DNA of 63,702 nt, filler included, from Licmophora abbreviata (GCA_900291995.1; 13 parts of 13 records of this genome joined end to end with filler, not necessarily neighbours in it); one strand, 5' to 3'. Counted from the first letter of the whole stretch, positions 46,536 to 58,334 are shown. Program-made: numbers and translations. The notes: a model not told the origin generated them from the letters alone.

Positions 46536-48240
46536 ATGATGAGGCACCCCGCTCCCTGCAGTAAACATCCCTCTGGGCGATGGGGGTTGGCACTGACCCT
46601 ACTATGCTTGCCCATGATCACTCTGAGACACTTTTGGGACGAATTCTCCGATTATTCGGACGTCGTCAACCTTCGTTGGAACACAATGTCGACCAGCCAG
46701 AAGGAGTCGCCCGTATCGCCAACTCCGATTAGAAGCTCCCATGATCATGACGAGAATGACTCGGATTGGTGGCGTGAGCCTTCTGGATCCAAGAAGATTC
46801 GTCGATGGGGATGCGATCGAACAGAAACGCCTCTGATCTATGTGCATCTCGGCAAAAGCGGAGGGGGTAGCGTGCGAGCAAGGATGGCTTCCAGCTCTTT
46901 GAACTATACCAAAGAGGAGCGCTGGTGGGAAGAGGATGGCTCTTATTATCCCATCTACACCACAAACGAGGGAGAGCGGCAGGCATTCTTTTGTAACGGC
47001 GCTCACAGAAACTATAGGCCCAATGGTACAAAAACCTTCGAGGGTACCATGCCTTGTCATGCTGGGACGCCCATCGGACAAGCAATTGCATGCCCGGGAG
47101 AAGCCTCAAGGACTAGCTGTCTTTCAGCTTGTGAGCCGAACTCCGAAACATGTCGTCAGGTTTATGTCGGGCATAACTACATGGGTTCTGAAATGCACTG
47201 GCTGCCACCGAAATACTTAGCCAAGTGGTGGGCAGAGTTCTGGGAAACGGGCGAAGACGATCCAATTACCCCGCACTGGAACACACTCGGCGACAAGTCG
47301 AAAACGTGGTGTCATCCGTTTGCCAACGTAACCTTGTCTCGGTATCTGCCGCAAAAGAAAGAGATGTTCCTTAGCTGCTCTGTGCCGTTGGGTGAGCGCA
47401 TCGATGCGATGGCCACCCAGTCGATCTCGAAAAGGCCAGTATGGGACCATTCCTCTCAATCAAGTCCAGCAGAGAGCATCTCCTCGGCTTCTTGGGGACC
47501 AGTCTACGCCTCTCTGCCCGTCCTTCGCGTCACATTGGTCCGGGAGCCTTTCTCTTGGCTTGTCTCCAAGTTCTTTTGGCACGAAGGCAACAAGCAAGAT
47601 TTCAAATGTGATGACATAGAAATGGCCGTGAAACCTGAATGGAGTCCTGAGATCCGACGACCCGGACAGCTAGTTCATTGGACCGATCTGCATTCCTTGA
47701 GGGGAATAGAGTATTCTGGCACCGGATGGGTTGAGCGATTCGCAATGGAGTACATCTTCTACCTTTGCGGCGAAGATTGCGAGGCTCGTCTATTCCAACA
47801 GAGTACAGACCTGGACGAACTCGAGTTACAAGCGGAAGACAATNNNNNNNNNNNNNNNNNNNNNNNNNNNNNNNNNNNNNNNNNNNNTTAATTAATTAAN
47901 NNNNNNNNNNNNNNNNNNNNNNNNNNNNNNNNNNNNNNNNNNNCTCCGCCAGTCATTCGCCGTGGTGGGTCTTTTGAATGAAACCAATTCGTTTTACGAC
48001 ATGGTGACCAAGAGGGTGCAGTACATGAACACCTCCCTCAATCCAGAGGTGGTTGGCAATACGCACCCTTCCGGTGGGGCAGACAGTAATCGATGCAAGG
48101 CGGTCTTCGGAGATCCCACATTTCAAGAGAAACTCTTGGAGGTATCGCCGACGCTTACAGCACTCGTTCGATTATTCAAGGTGGCCGAAGAAGTAAATCG
48201 CTTCCAGCTCAGGGAGCTCGAAGAGTGCAGTATAGCATAA
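46536..48240 (+). CDS. Golgi-type sulfotransferase-like protein (spans a gap)
   Basis: Signal anchor, 5'-PAPS loop IYVHLGKSGGGS, 3'-PB motif TLVREPFSWLVSKFFW, and 'LRQSFAVVGLLNE' after the gap. Confidence 0.8.
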
Positions 48241-48357
48241 AATTCTTATATAACTATGAACTCATGCGCGTTTTCCTCATCATAAGTTGACCTTTGCCTA
48301 TAGCTAGTAAAAATAGTCGAACAGGAATCGTCGAACGCCGCTACCAATTCCCGGGAT

Positions 48358-49422
48358 CTAGTCGACCAGCCACACTCCGTGAACTTCCCCAAGAATATGA
48401 CCAAGAACAGCGCCGACGATCCAAGCAATGAGAAGTCCCCATTGTTGATAAAATAAGTGTCGCGACGCTACCATCCAAAAGACTGCCGAAGAGGATACCG
48501 ATGCTCCGAAAATTTCCAAGACGGGAGGGTTTACAGTGAGATGATGAATAGATCGAAGATATCCCAGCGACGCAGCATAGACACCCGTCATGCCCCGGAC
48601 CTTATATCGTCGCTGAATCACGTGCGTAGCGACGAAATTGCTAATCGCACCCAACACAAGCACTAGTAGCAGGACGCAAACTAGAAAGTGTTGCTTGACA
48701 TTCCGTATACGATGCACGGCATGTAGTCGATCCATGGTAAAGAAGGTCGGATACAAAACCGTGTGAATCCATATGAAGTCCATACCGTGTGCTCGATCCC
48801 AAACGGACAGCAAACTGTCGAAAAGCGGATTCTGAGAGTGAAGCAGAGGCTTTCCCTTCGTACAAAAGGACATGAGCATCGAGAGCAACAGAAGGCCATA
48901 TAGTACCCGACATGTCGAGTACGGCAAGTCTTGAGAATCCAGCAGTGGTTTTCCATGGCACATGTTATCTTCTAAAGTGCAAACGAACGCATAGTTGAAA
49001 TAAGGTATTGAAATATGGAATCCTTCTGCTTTCGCTCACTGGACGAGGAACTCACCGATCCAGTCGCACGTGGCCATGACAAAGGCTTCTCGAGAGGAAA
49101 AGTCACAGAACTGAATGCTGCTCCTCATCCCTTGTAATGAAATCCCATCCAGTCTCTTGGATAGCTGGAATAGTCCATAGTTGGTTTCTTGGAACTGGAA
49201 GAGAGAGGATAACCATCGAGGAGACGCTGTGTCTTGCTCGGCACCGACCAATCGTCGGAGGAAGTTTTCGTTCCCAGGATTAGTGACAATCAGCGTCATG
49301 CAGACTATCACTACGAATGCACATCGCTCGGTCAAAAAAGTCGCAGGGCGACGAACCAGGCGGCCGTCATGTCGCACGTAGGGTCTCTGTCGTGAGGTAG
49401 CCGTTCTTTGTCTCGTCGACAT
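48358..49422 (-). CDS. Rhomboid-like multi-pass membrane protein, probably non-catalytic
   Basis: Intron 49055-48972 joins two ORFs. The hydrophobic pattern is rhomboid-like, with GMTGVYAA at the GxSG position and IAWIVGAVLG at the HxxG position. Confidence 0.5.
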
Positions 49423-49722
49423 GGTCGGCAAGAGTGGTCTAAATGAAATGATGTTACGTGTGTTGCGCCTGACAACAACCGACCGATACATTTTTCCAAT
49501 CGGGGGAGATTGAGTCGAAAGAGTCGACCCTTTTCAAATTGAAATTCTGACGGCGAGGTGTTTCTCGCCCACGGAGTGAGAGACTCACTCTCGCACCTCT
49601 AGAGATCGGACGGTTAGAGAGAATACGGAACGGCAGGAAACACAATGGCATTCATCAGGAGCTTGTAAAATACTACTGCATGAATCTCTCGACGTTCTAC
49701 CTATCCATTCCCTCCTCCTGCA

Positions 49723-51174
49723 TCAATAAGAACTATCCATCCCGGCCATGCTGGCAATAATCAGCTTGTATCCATCATCCAGCGGCTTGTCACGATTCAC
49801 CACCGACTCGCACAACTTGGGGATATCTGTCGACATGTCCAAGAACTTGCACAGATACAATAGCAAATGAAAGTCTGCCAGCAGATCGATAAACGTCCAT
49901 CCCGCTGTACCGCTCTTGCTAAGCTGCTTTTTCAACTCGTCGTGGGACGGCGTCCGGTCGTCCAAGTCGCGGTTGCTCTTTGGAAACTGACTGACGAAAG
50001 TTTCGGACGTATGTTGGACAATGGGAACGACGGTCAAAAAGAAGTTGTTGTCCACCGTCTTGGATGGTTTTCCTTCTTGAATGGCAGTAAAGGTCTCGTG
50101 GATAACACACTCTTTTGGGTCTTCTCCGATTTCGAGAGCTTCTTCCGCCACCATTTCCATACACTGCTGGCTCACTTGAAAGGCTTCCACCGACACGTTG
50201 CCTTCATCCCCCATGGTTACCTTTACCGTGACAAAGGGCGTCTTTTCAATACCTCCTGCTGCTTCCAACTGCAATTCCGCGGTCATGATGACTTCTGCCG
50301 ACGACATGACGAAACCATCCTCTCGAGGCGGGTGACCAAAAATCCACCCTACCCGACGTAATCCCAACAGCTGCGTCAGCTGTTCGACCGTCTCTTCCAT
50401 GGGATCGTCCAACAATACGAAACCTTCCGCTGCGGATGGGTCCGCCTCTTGAGGTGGTTCGTAAATAGCCTCCACCAGTACTCGCGGAGTCTTGTCGTCG
50501 TCCTCCGCATCGCCGTCACTCATACTCGTATCACTCTCCACAAACTTTCCATACAAGTAGGCACACCGATGCCGCGAAAAGTTGAAGCGCCTTAGATACG
50601 ACTGAAAGTCGTTCGTGGCATCGACATCTAACGATACCTGTTTGGAAATACTGTTCTCCTGTCGCTTGATCTTGAACTCATACTGCGAGTCGAGGGCAAT
50701 AAAGTCGTTCAGCGTCCACTGCATCTTCATGTCCCGCAGCGCCAGCATACCGGGTCGAAAGCCATTGGCTTTTGTACCGAGATCACCCGAGTCACTATGA
50801 ATGAGCTGAATCTTGCCATCCTTGTCGACGATGCGTTTCATGTTACGCGACGAAGGCTCCTGGGTGGATGAGACTTCGGCTGTCGCAGCGGTACTCGGCG
50901 CATCTGCATCCGCGGCAGGAGCAGAAACGTCAACACAGGATGCAGGATCGACACGACAATACACCATGCTCCCGTGAGCTAGACTTTGCTCGGTGAGTGT
51001 CTGCGTGGCACTCAGTGGAGTATTACAAGCTGGATCGCTCGAAAGAGGCTTGACGTAGGTTACATGAGGGCGCGTCGTCGATATGCCTTGCAGCACGTCG
51101 CTGACGGTCGCTGTGGCTTCGTCCAGGCCATCGACGCGCCAAACACCCACATTAGACCGCACGCGAAGTAACAT
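49723..51174 (-). CDS. NPL4: NPL4-like protein (Cdc48/p97 cofactor)
   Basis: N-terminal ubiquitin-like 'MLLRVRS..G', R..YLYG, VEAIYEPPQ, LGLRRVGWIF, FVTVKV, EAFQVSQQC, DFHLLLYL. Confidence 0.93.
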   Translation of the reverse strand: MLLRVRSNVGVWRVDGLDEATATVSDVLQGISTTRPHVTYVKPLSSDPACNTPLSATQTLTEQSLAHGSMVYCRVDPASCVDVSAPAADADAPSTAATAEVSSTQEPSSRNMKRIVDKDGKIQLIHSDSGDLGTKANGFRPGMLALRDMKMQWTLNDFIALDSQYEFKIKRQENSISKQVSLDVDATNDFQSYLRRFNFSRHRCAYLYGKFVESDTSMSDGDAEDDDKTPRVLVEAIYEPPQEADPSAAEGFVLLDDPMEETVEQLTQLLGLRRVGWIFGHPPREDGFVMSSAEVIMTAELQLEAAGGIEKTPFVTVKVTMGDEGNVSVEAFQVSQQCMEMVAEEALEIGEDPKECVIHETFTAIQEGKPSKTVDNNFFLTVVPIVQHTSETFVSQFPKSNRDLDDRTPSHDELKKQLSKSGTAGWTFIDLLADFHLLLYLCKFLDMSTDIPKLCESVVNRDKPLDDGYKLIIASMAGMDSSY

Positions 51175-51670
51175 TTTACTAATAAATTGAAAGAGAAAAT
51201 AAGAAACAGCAGAAACACGCTCTATACAGTCGTATGACAGCGACGATATGGCGACAAGTTCATGATGTCGTGTCTCTTGAGTTCATTCGAAGCTTCTCGT
51301 CGGGCTTCGTTCGGTCGCACTCGTGACTTGATGGAACTCCATTAAACACGACTGGGAAAGAGCAGAAAACACGAAAACACGACTTGCATAACTCGTGAAT
51401 GAGAATTCGGCACGACTCAATATGAAGTCGAGTGAGTCGATTCAAGTCTTGGAAACGCGGTTTGGGTAGATTCATGATGGAGATTGTGTCTAACTACCAG
51501 CAACATTACGACCTCTCTAGAGTATAATCGCATGACAGTCATGATCTCTGATCCCGGTAACGCTCACAATTCTGGCATCGTCATTCCCACGTACCGGCAG
51601 GACAGTCACATACAGCAAAATCGGCTAGACTACAGGTCACTCACTGCGAAAACAGTAACAACAAAACATT

Positions 51671-53194
51671 ATGCCCGGACTATCCATCGATACCGCGGAT
51701 GTCACGGTCGACGTGGAATCGCCCCTATCGCCAATGACAGACGAGGAGGAGGTGCAAGAAGATCGCACCGAGAGAGAATCAAGGCGCACCTCCTCCTCAT
51801 CACGGCGAGAACGACCACCGCCTCCTCCTTTCAGAGCAAAGAAGACGAAGAAGTCGTCTCGCAGGCAGCCTGGTACCCCTTCTTCCATTGAAACCGTTCA
51901 AACAGCAGACACCGAAGTATCGCGAGTCTCCCAGGAGGTCAATGAAAACAAAAGTCCTTCCACATCTCCTTCAGATCCATCAATCGTCAAGATAGAACAC
52001 TCGGTCAAAAAGAAGAAGAATGACAACAAGGAGCTCAAAAAGCTGGTCAAGCCGCTCATTGGATTGGTCATGTTGTTGATTATGGGCTCGACAGCGTACT
52101 TCTTTGCCAAGTGGCTCGAAATTCCGGGCCTCAATGAGCAAATTGAACGCCTCGCCGCACACGTTACGAAACTTGAAATCCAAGTCGATGCGCTCGAGAC
52201 ACAGGTTGATCGGCTCGGTGACGAAATTGACGAATTGGAAAGGCAGAATGATCGGCTCGAGGGGCTCAATGACGAGCTGGAAGCCAATAATGACGAGTTT
52301 GAGCGTCAGAACGAGCAACTCAATGAAACGCTGCAGGAATACCAAGAGTTCATCGAGCAACTCAATGCCACCATTGACGAACTCGACCGCCAAAACGATG
52401 AGTTGGGCGAACAATTGGAAACATACAAAGAGCTCAACGGTGACCTGAACAACACAGTTCGATTACTCTCTGATGAAGTCGATCGACTTGAGAACGTCAC
52501 AGCTGACCTGATGGAGACGAACGAGATCTTGGCCGAAATCGTTGACGAACTGGCCGATGAAACGGCTTCGCTGTCCAGTATCAATCAGGACTTGAAAGAA
52601 ACGGCCCAGAGACTGCAAATTCAAATCGAAACCCTGCAAAATGAACTGACGCGACTGCAAGCTCTCAATGACAATCTGGAACAGATCGCGGCCTTTCTGG
52701 ATGACACCGCCGTCGACTTGGAACAAACGTACGAGCAGCTCGCCGCGTATTTGGGTGAACAGATTGCGGCGTATCGTGTGCTGGTCCTGGAGACTCTGCA
52801 GAATATCTATCTCCAACGCATCATCACGTGGGACTGCGATATGCAGTCCTACTTTTTGACAGAATCGTTTGTTAAGAATCGGACTATTGCTATCGGTGAC
52901 GAGAGCTATCCAGCCGTGCTGGACTATATCGATGAGCGAGTCTTGTCCGAGTTGTGCCTGGATAAGATGGACTTTGAAGAGCACCTACTGAAGGCAAACA
53001 GACCAAGGGAGAAGAATGACGTGACCTTGACACAGGTCCTCCAGGCCGTTGCTACGTACACTACCAGTGCCCTGGACTATTACTTTCCTGATGCCGACGA
53101 GGAAATATCAAATGGACTGTCGAAGGAGACGTGGTCTGAAGCCTCGTATCAGTGTGAAAAGCTGTCACGAGACAAGCGGTACTCTCTGTATTGA
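51671..53194 (+). CDS. Single-pass membrane protein with long acidic coiled coil
   Basis: 507-aa ORF. TM LIGLVMLLIMGSTAYFF, about 230 aa of heptads (LERQNDRLEGLNDELE...), and a C-terminal Cys-containing domain. Confidence 0.8.
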   Translation: MPGLSIDTADVTVDVESPLSPMTDEEEVQEDRTERESRRTSSSSRRERPPPPPFRAKKTKKSSRRQPGTPSSIETVQTADTEVSRVSQEVNENKSPSTSPSDPSIVKIEHSVKKKKNDNKELKKLVKPLIGLVMLLIMGSTAYFFAKWLEIPGLNEQIERLAAHVTKLEIQVDALETQVDRLGDEIDELERQNDRLEGLNDELEANNDEFERQNEQLNETLQEYQEFIEQLNATIDELDRQNDELGEQLETYKELNGDLNNTVRLLSDEVDRLENVTADLMETNEILAEIVDELADETASLSSINQDLKETAQRLQIQIETLQNELTRLQALNDNLEQIAAFLDDTAVDLEQTYEQLAAYLGEQIAAYRVLVLETLQNIYLQRIITWDCDMQSYFLTESFVKNRTIAIGDESYPAVLDYIDERVLSELCLDKMDFEEHLLKANRPREKNDVTLTQVLQAVATYTTSALDYYFPDADEEISNGLSKETWSEASYQCEKLSRDKRYSLY

Positions 53195-53961
53195 CGTTTT
53201 GTTCTTCGTATTTGTAGCTGGTACGCCTGTATCAACACCAAGTATACATGACAAGAAAAGGGAAGGGTGTGAGCGATTGTGATGATCATGATGTGTACCG
53301 ATCACTGGGCTACTCGCGCTCTCCTCGGACTGATGTGGCCCTCCAGAGCAAGTGAAAAATTGTGTCGTTTGAAATTAGTACTCTAGCCCGTGATTGTATA
53401 CCCAGTCATCCGATGGAGAGCTGAATGCATGGGTTCTAGCGGGGCGCGCAATTCCAAGCCTGATGTAATAAGAAAAGTCAAGCAGTCAAGCAGCATTCAC
53501 CTTGCTCGTATCAGGCTCTGCTGCCACACGTGCGTGAAACACACGGCATACGTGAGGCTGAGATTTGGTTCTTTCTTCGCCCCATGTCTGCGTTTTCCAT
53601 TATCAGCTCTAAGATATCAGGGAGCGAGAACCTGGGGGGAGGCGGTGCCCAAGTCGACGGCGTAACAAAGATAATTGTATCGCCGTTGTGGGTCGCTCAA
53701 CCTCATCGTCAAGAGTCGAGTCTCGACGCGTCGAGTTTGGAATTTCTGTGATGTCTCTTCCGCTGCGCGACAGTCTGTTCATCCCCCGTTGAACACTTTG
53801 TCGCCATTCATCTCCTCTCACATCAGATGCTTTTTTCAAACTCTCTTCGAAGATTCGAACGCTCACTGCAGGATGGCGACGGCGCCCTACATATTCACCA
53901 ACTCTTGATTCGATTGTTCGGATAGCGCATTGTACCTACCGTCAAGTACTCTACAGACACC

Positions 53962-54588
53962 ATGGCAAATCCAAAAAATGCAGCGAGAAAGAAGAAGCGC
54001 ACGAGCAAGCATGTACTCAAGGCGATCGACGAGCGGAAAGGGTCGCAAGTCGGCGATGCCACAACAACCACCGGCCTATCGGCAGCCAGTACAACGCCCC
54101 AGCAGCAACCAGAGAAAACTCAAAAGAAATCTAGTAAGAAAAATGGAAAGGTGAAGGATCCCAACGATGCCGCGTCGTATCTGTCGGCGTGGAAGCATCG
54201 TGATGCGGGAGAGGCGGTATGGAAGTTCAACAAGAACACGCAGTCCTGGTTGATTCGACGCATGTATGAGGTAGAAAAGGTGCCCAAAACGACCTTTACA
54301 GTTCTCATCGAGTATCTTAGCGGCTTGCAGGGATCAACGCGACAACGCGTCGCGGATGATGCCACGCGGCGGGCAGTTCGATATAAGGAATATGAAAGGA
54401 CCAATCCAGAAACAGAAAAGGAAGAGAAAAGTGACAAAAAGGACACCGATTCTGACCTGAGAAAAGAAGCAGCCAAAAGTCCAGTTGACGAAGATGAAAC
54501 AGACGAGCAAAGATGGAAGCGACTGGATCATCACGAGAAGCGCAAAGAATACAAAAGGGCAAGGCTCGTAATTGATGTCTTGAAGTGA
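53962..54588 (+). CDS. WKF-domain protein (C7orf50/Rbp95-like)
   Basis: Basic N-terminus plus 'AASYLSAWK...WKFNKNTQSWLI...YLSGLQG..R'. Confidence 0.85.
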   Translation: MANPKNAARKKKRTSKHVLKAIDERKGSQVGDATTTTGLSAASTTPQQQPEKTQKKSSKKNGKVKDPNDAASYLSAWKHRDAGEAVWKFNKNTQSWLIRRMYEVEKVPKTTFTVLIEYLSGLQGSTRQRVADDATRRAVRYKEYERTNPETEKEEKSDKKDTDSDLRKEAAKSPVDEDETDEQRWKRLDHHEKRKEYKRARLVIDVLK

Positions 54589-55928
54589 ATACATAACTGG
54601 AGTTTGAACACGAGCTCGCCACTAGGATTCTGCCTTCCGCTTTAAAATCCAGTATCGGAAGGAGGTTTGAGCTTCGAAAGGCCTGCGGAGAACTCCCCGC
54701 ATACGAGGGAGGCAAGCCCGCTGTTTCGACGATGGCTAGGACCACTCAGAGCGTCGCACAGCTCAGGATCAAAGGATGTGCTTACACAGGTTTCGATAGT
54801 TTAGTTTCCTTGCTCCAAGAAGCTAGGTAATGTTTCTCTTGTCACAATTTGAACTCTCCTTCCCGCTTGTTCGAACAAACTGTAATGTCCTCTCCTCTTG
54901 CCAAGTGTAGTCAAGTTCGTTTGAAATGACTTGCGGTTCGCCGTCTCCGAACCTCCATAAGTCTTGGGAGTTGGACTGTACGTGGATTCTTCGTACAATC
55001 CTACGACGTGGGAGCATGGAATAAGCGCGGGATGCACGCGTGTCCCGCGCCGACCTTGGCACATCACACGCTCACACAGCACACACATCGACCAGAATCC
55101 CGAAAGCTTTCGACCGTATACCAGATCATATCAAGCAACGAAGTCTCTCTTCGCACCGCTCTTTCTCTCAAGTGCACTTGTCAGACCAAAAAGGTGAGTG
55201 ATCAATTTTCCAGCTCGATATCTTCGTCTTGGTGCAGAAATTCGAGTCGGCAAGGAGTCAGTTCGTCCTCTTGATGGGAAGTTGCTGATGGCGAGAACGG
55301 CGGACGGACGGAATTCTTGTTGAAGCAAAAAAGTCGCAGATCCCCTTGTTGTCCTGCAGTGATTGGGTCGGGGTTCCCAGATGACGTTTTGGGTCTCCTC
55401 GTCGGCTGATGGCTCACGTTCATCGAGTACTAATTCCTACGTGCAAGAGGATCAAGCTTCGGCAACCGCAAACGTCATTCAACTTTGGCTCATGACCTTG
55501 CAACTTGCAGCAGAAGATACGGTGTCCTGTACGTCATCCGTATAGCGCGCCAAAAATTTTGTACGGTTCTCGTCCACGTAGGATCCTACATGATCCTATG
55601 TAGAATCTCGCAAGTCATTCCGCTGTCACCTCTCGCGTTGTGACTGGCTCATTCAGCGACACCATTGTTCTCGTCGAGATTCGCGTTTTGACGCATTGTC
55701 GTTCCAGCCAAAACCAATGGGATTGCTCCGATTCTCGATTCTCGTTGACTTTGACACGATAGAGACCGCTGGTTTTCACCGTCACTCCGAGCTTCAAGAG
55801 TTCCTTGCTCACTGAATTGTTTCTTGCTTTCAAATCCAAATTCTTGCTTTCCGGCCATCAGACAAAACTTCAAACTGAACCTCGGCACTACCGAGATTCA
55901 CGACAATTCCACCAAAAAGACACTCATC

Positions 55929-57117
55929 ATGATGGCGAGCATAGAAATTGCTCCGCATCCCGACATGGATGCCGCTCGCGCTCTCCTAGGAGTCGTAACA
56001 TCGGACGAAGAAACGGAAACTGCCTCGGCTCCTGGCGATGGCGACGACTCTCTCGAACAGCCACGAGGCCGGCCGCGCTCGGGCAGCGTCGGACTGGATG
56101 CTTTGGCCGCGCTCGCTACAGCCATGGACGGTCCCGCCAAGCACAGCACGCACGTGTCTTCCGACGATGATTCTGAAANNNNNNNNNNNNNNNNNNNNNN
56201 NNNNNNNNNNNNNNNNNNNNNNTTAATTAATTAANNNNNNNNNNNNNNNNNNNNNNNNNNNNNNNNNNNNNNNNNNNNCCACGAAGTGTGTCGAACCCGG
56301 AAGGCATGGACAAGTGGGACTCGTTGACCAGCAGTGCCTCGCGCAAGCACTTTGTGTTGCCCTCGAGCATTCTGGAAGAAGAATTGGCCGAAGCCAGTGC
56401 CGCGGCTGCAGCTCAGAAGCCACGGAAGAAGGAGAAATTGTTGTTGGCGTCGAGTCCCAATAGTGTCGCGAGTCCCATCAAGGAGCGCATGGAAGAAGAG
56501 GACGAGGCTGACTTGGAACCAAAGGAACTCCTGCGAAGGGCGCGGGCAAGACTGTTTGAGGATCTCAGCGAAGGAAATCTGAGTGGAGAAAAAGGAATCA
56601 TTGTCCTTCCCCACGCGCTACCCAAGTACAACGAGGTGAGTGCCTGGTACTGATATTCGATAGTATGGCGTGCAATGTTGTACTGCAATCTTGAAGCATG
56701 TTTCCTCACTCAACATCACATTCCACTGCATGCGCACTGCAACAACAGGTTTACAACAGAGACGGTCGCATTGGTATTTACACGCAACGGGAGAGGGCTG
56801 CAATAATCTCACGCTACCAAGACAAGCGCACACGGCGTGTGTGGAACAAAAAGATTCGCTACAATTGCCGCAAAAGTCTTGCCGACCGTCGCATGCGTGT
56901 CAAGGGGCGGTTTGTCAAGCGTGCCACGGAAGCGCATGCCAAGGCAACAGGAGCCTACTCTCCGCCTTCTTCGGGATCAGCGTCTCCAGTGCATCCTACC
57001 ATTGATGAAGACAAGGAAATGGTGTTGGAGCTGCCGGATATCAACGACCCCGAAGCGGGATTCTGTCCGACGGATGACCAGCCATTCCGTCGGGCTCGTC
57101 GTCATACCATTACATGA
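55929..57117 (+). CDS. CCT-motif protein (spans a gap)
   Basis: Intron 56636-56748. GRIGIYT.RERAAIISRY..KR.RRVWNKKIRYNCRKSLADRRMRVKGRFVK is a complete CCT motif. Confidence 0.92.
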
Positions 57118-57404
57118 CCCATGCTACTGTATCAGTGCAAGGATTTGCTAAGTATCACATCAGGGGACCTCCAAGTGGAAATTCACGCTCGGAACAAGAC
57201 CGCTCTGTGAAGCCAAGTCTGGCTTCGCTGTACATATAGCATAATGTGCAGTTCATTTTTCATCAGCTAGCAAGCAGCCTATAGACCACATATACTGTGC
57301 CTGTCCACTTGAAAGAAAGTGGTAGCTGCTGCAACACTTCTGTCTAAGATACGGCTAGTCCACCTTGTCGGTGCGCTTATCTAAAATACCCGAGCCTGTT
57401 TGTG

Positions 57405-58050
57405 CTATCTCCGTGATCGTCTCGTCGCATGATACTTTTTTCGATGCTTCCCCCCTGCCGCTTGTCGTTTCTCTTTTTGTTGCTGCTTCCTCTGCAGTGC
57501 TTGCTCGCGTTCTGCTCGACTTCTAGCCTCCGAATGCTGCTGCAATGATTGTCGCTGTTCCGCTAACGTATTCTTGAGATGCGCTTGGATGGTAGCAAAT
57601 GGATTCGACTGGAATTCAGGATGCTGCAATACTAGATTCATATGCGTCACCTCTCTCGCCGCCAACGACTTTTTCGCTTTGTTGGTGGCTGAGAAAAGGG
57701 TGGATGAGCCATGTTCTAATTCCCCTTTCGTTTTGGTGCCTGTACCAGCATTTGGACTACTAGTGCTGCTGCTTAGCAGTGCTTCGCGCAGGGCATCCAT
57801 TCCGTCAATCCGCTTCGATTGTTCCTCCTTTCGCTTCAGTTGCAACGTAGACAAAATCATCTTTTCTCGATGCAAGTATTGCTCTCGTTTCGTTTGCCGC
57901 TTGCGTTGCCCGCGCGATAGCTGTTGCGATGGCTCCTGTTGCTTGGGAGCAGCATGGCTCGCCCCCGAGGATGTTGTTGTGTCATCGAGACTGCCTTTGG
58001 GCAGACTCGTGGCGGCAGCTTTTCGAAATTTTCCAATCCTAGAAACCTTG
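57405..58050 (-). CDS. SLX9: Ribosome biogenesis factor SLX9/FAM207A-like; start lies in the gap
   Basis: Basic protein with 'LSRGQRKRQTKREQYL' and 'VLQHPEFQSNPFATIQAHLKNT'. Confidence 0.78.
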
Positions 58051-58150
58051 NNNNNNNNNNNNNNNNNNNNNNNNNNNNNNNNNNNNNNNNNNNNTTAATT
58101 AATTAANNNNNNNNNNNNNNNNNNNNNNNNNNNNNNNNNNNNNNNNNNNN

Positions 58151-58334
58151 CTTTCGTATGTAGCACAATGACGCATCCAACCGGAACTTCACCAATCTCC
58201 AAGGCGGCCTTTGCCACCTTGAGAGCCTGGCGCATGTAGTGCTCGTCCATTTCAGAAGGTAGTCTTTGAGAAGCGGTTCCAGTGGCAGCAGCTGTTTTAC
58301 ATGCGGTCTTCTGATCCATTTCCTGCTTCTCCAT
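58151..58334 (-). CDS. ADAT2: tRNA adenosine deaminase ADAT2/TadA-like, N-terminal fragment
   Basis: DEHYMRQALKVAKAALEIGEVPVGCVIV. The remainder falls in the gap. Confidence 0.75.

Noticed and set aside
54620..54720. Short hairpins (CCTTCCG...CGGAAGG; GCGGAGA..TCCCCGC) downstream of the WKF gene
   Set aside because: No recognisable snoRNA, snRNA or riboswitch boxes, and 7-bp stems are expected by chance. An Rfam/Infernal scan would settle it.
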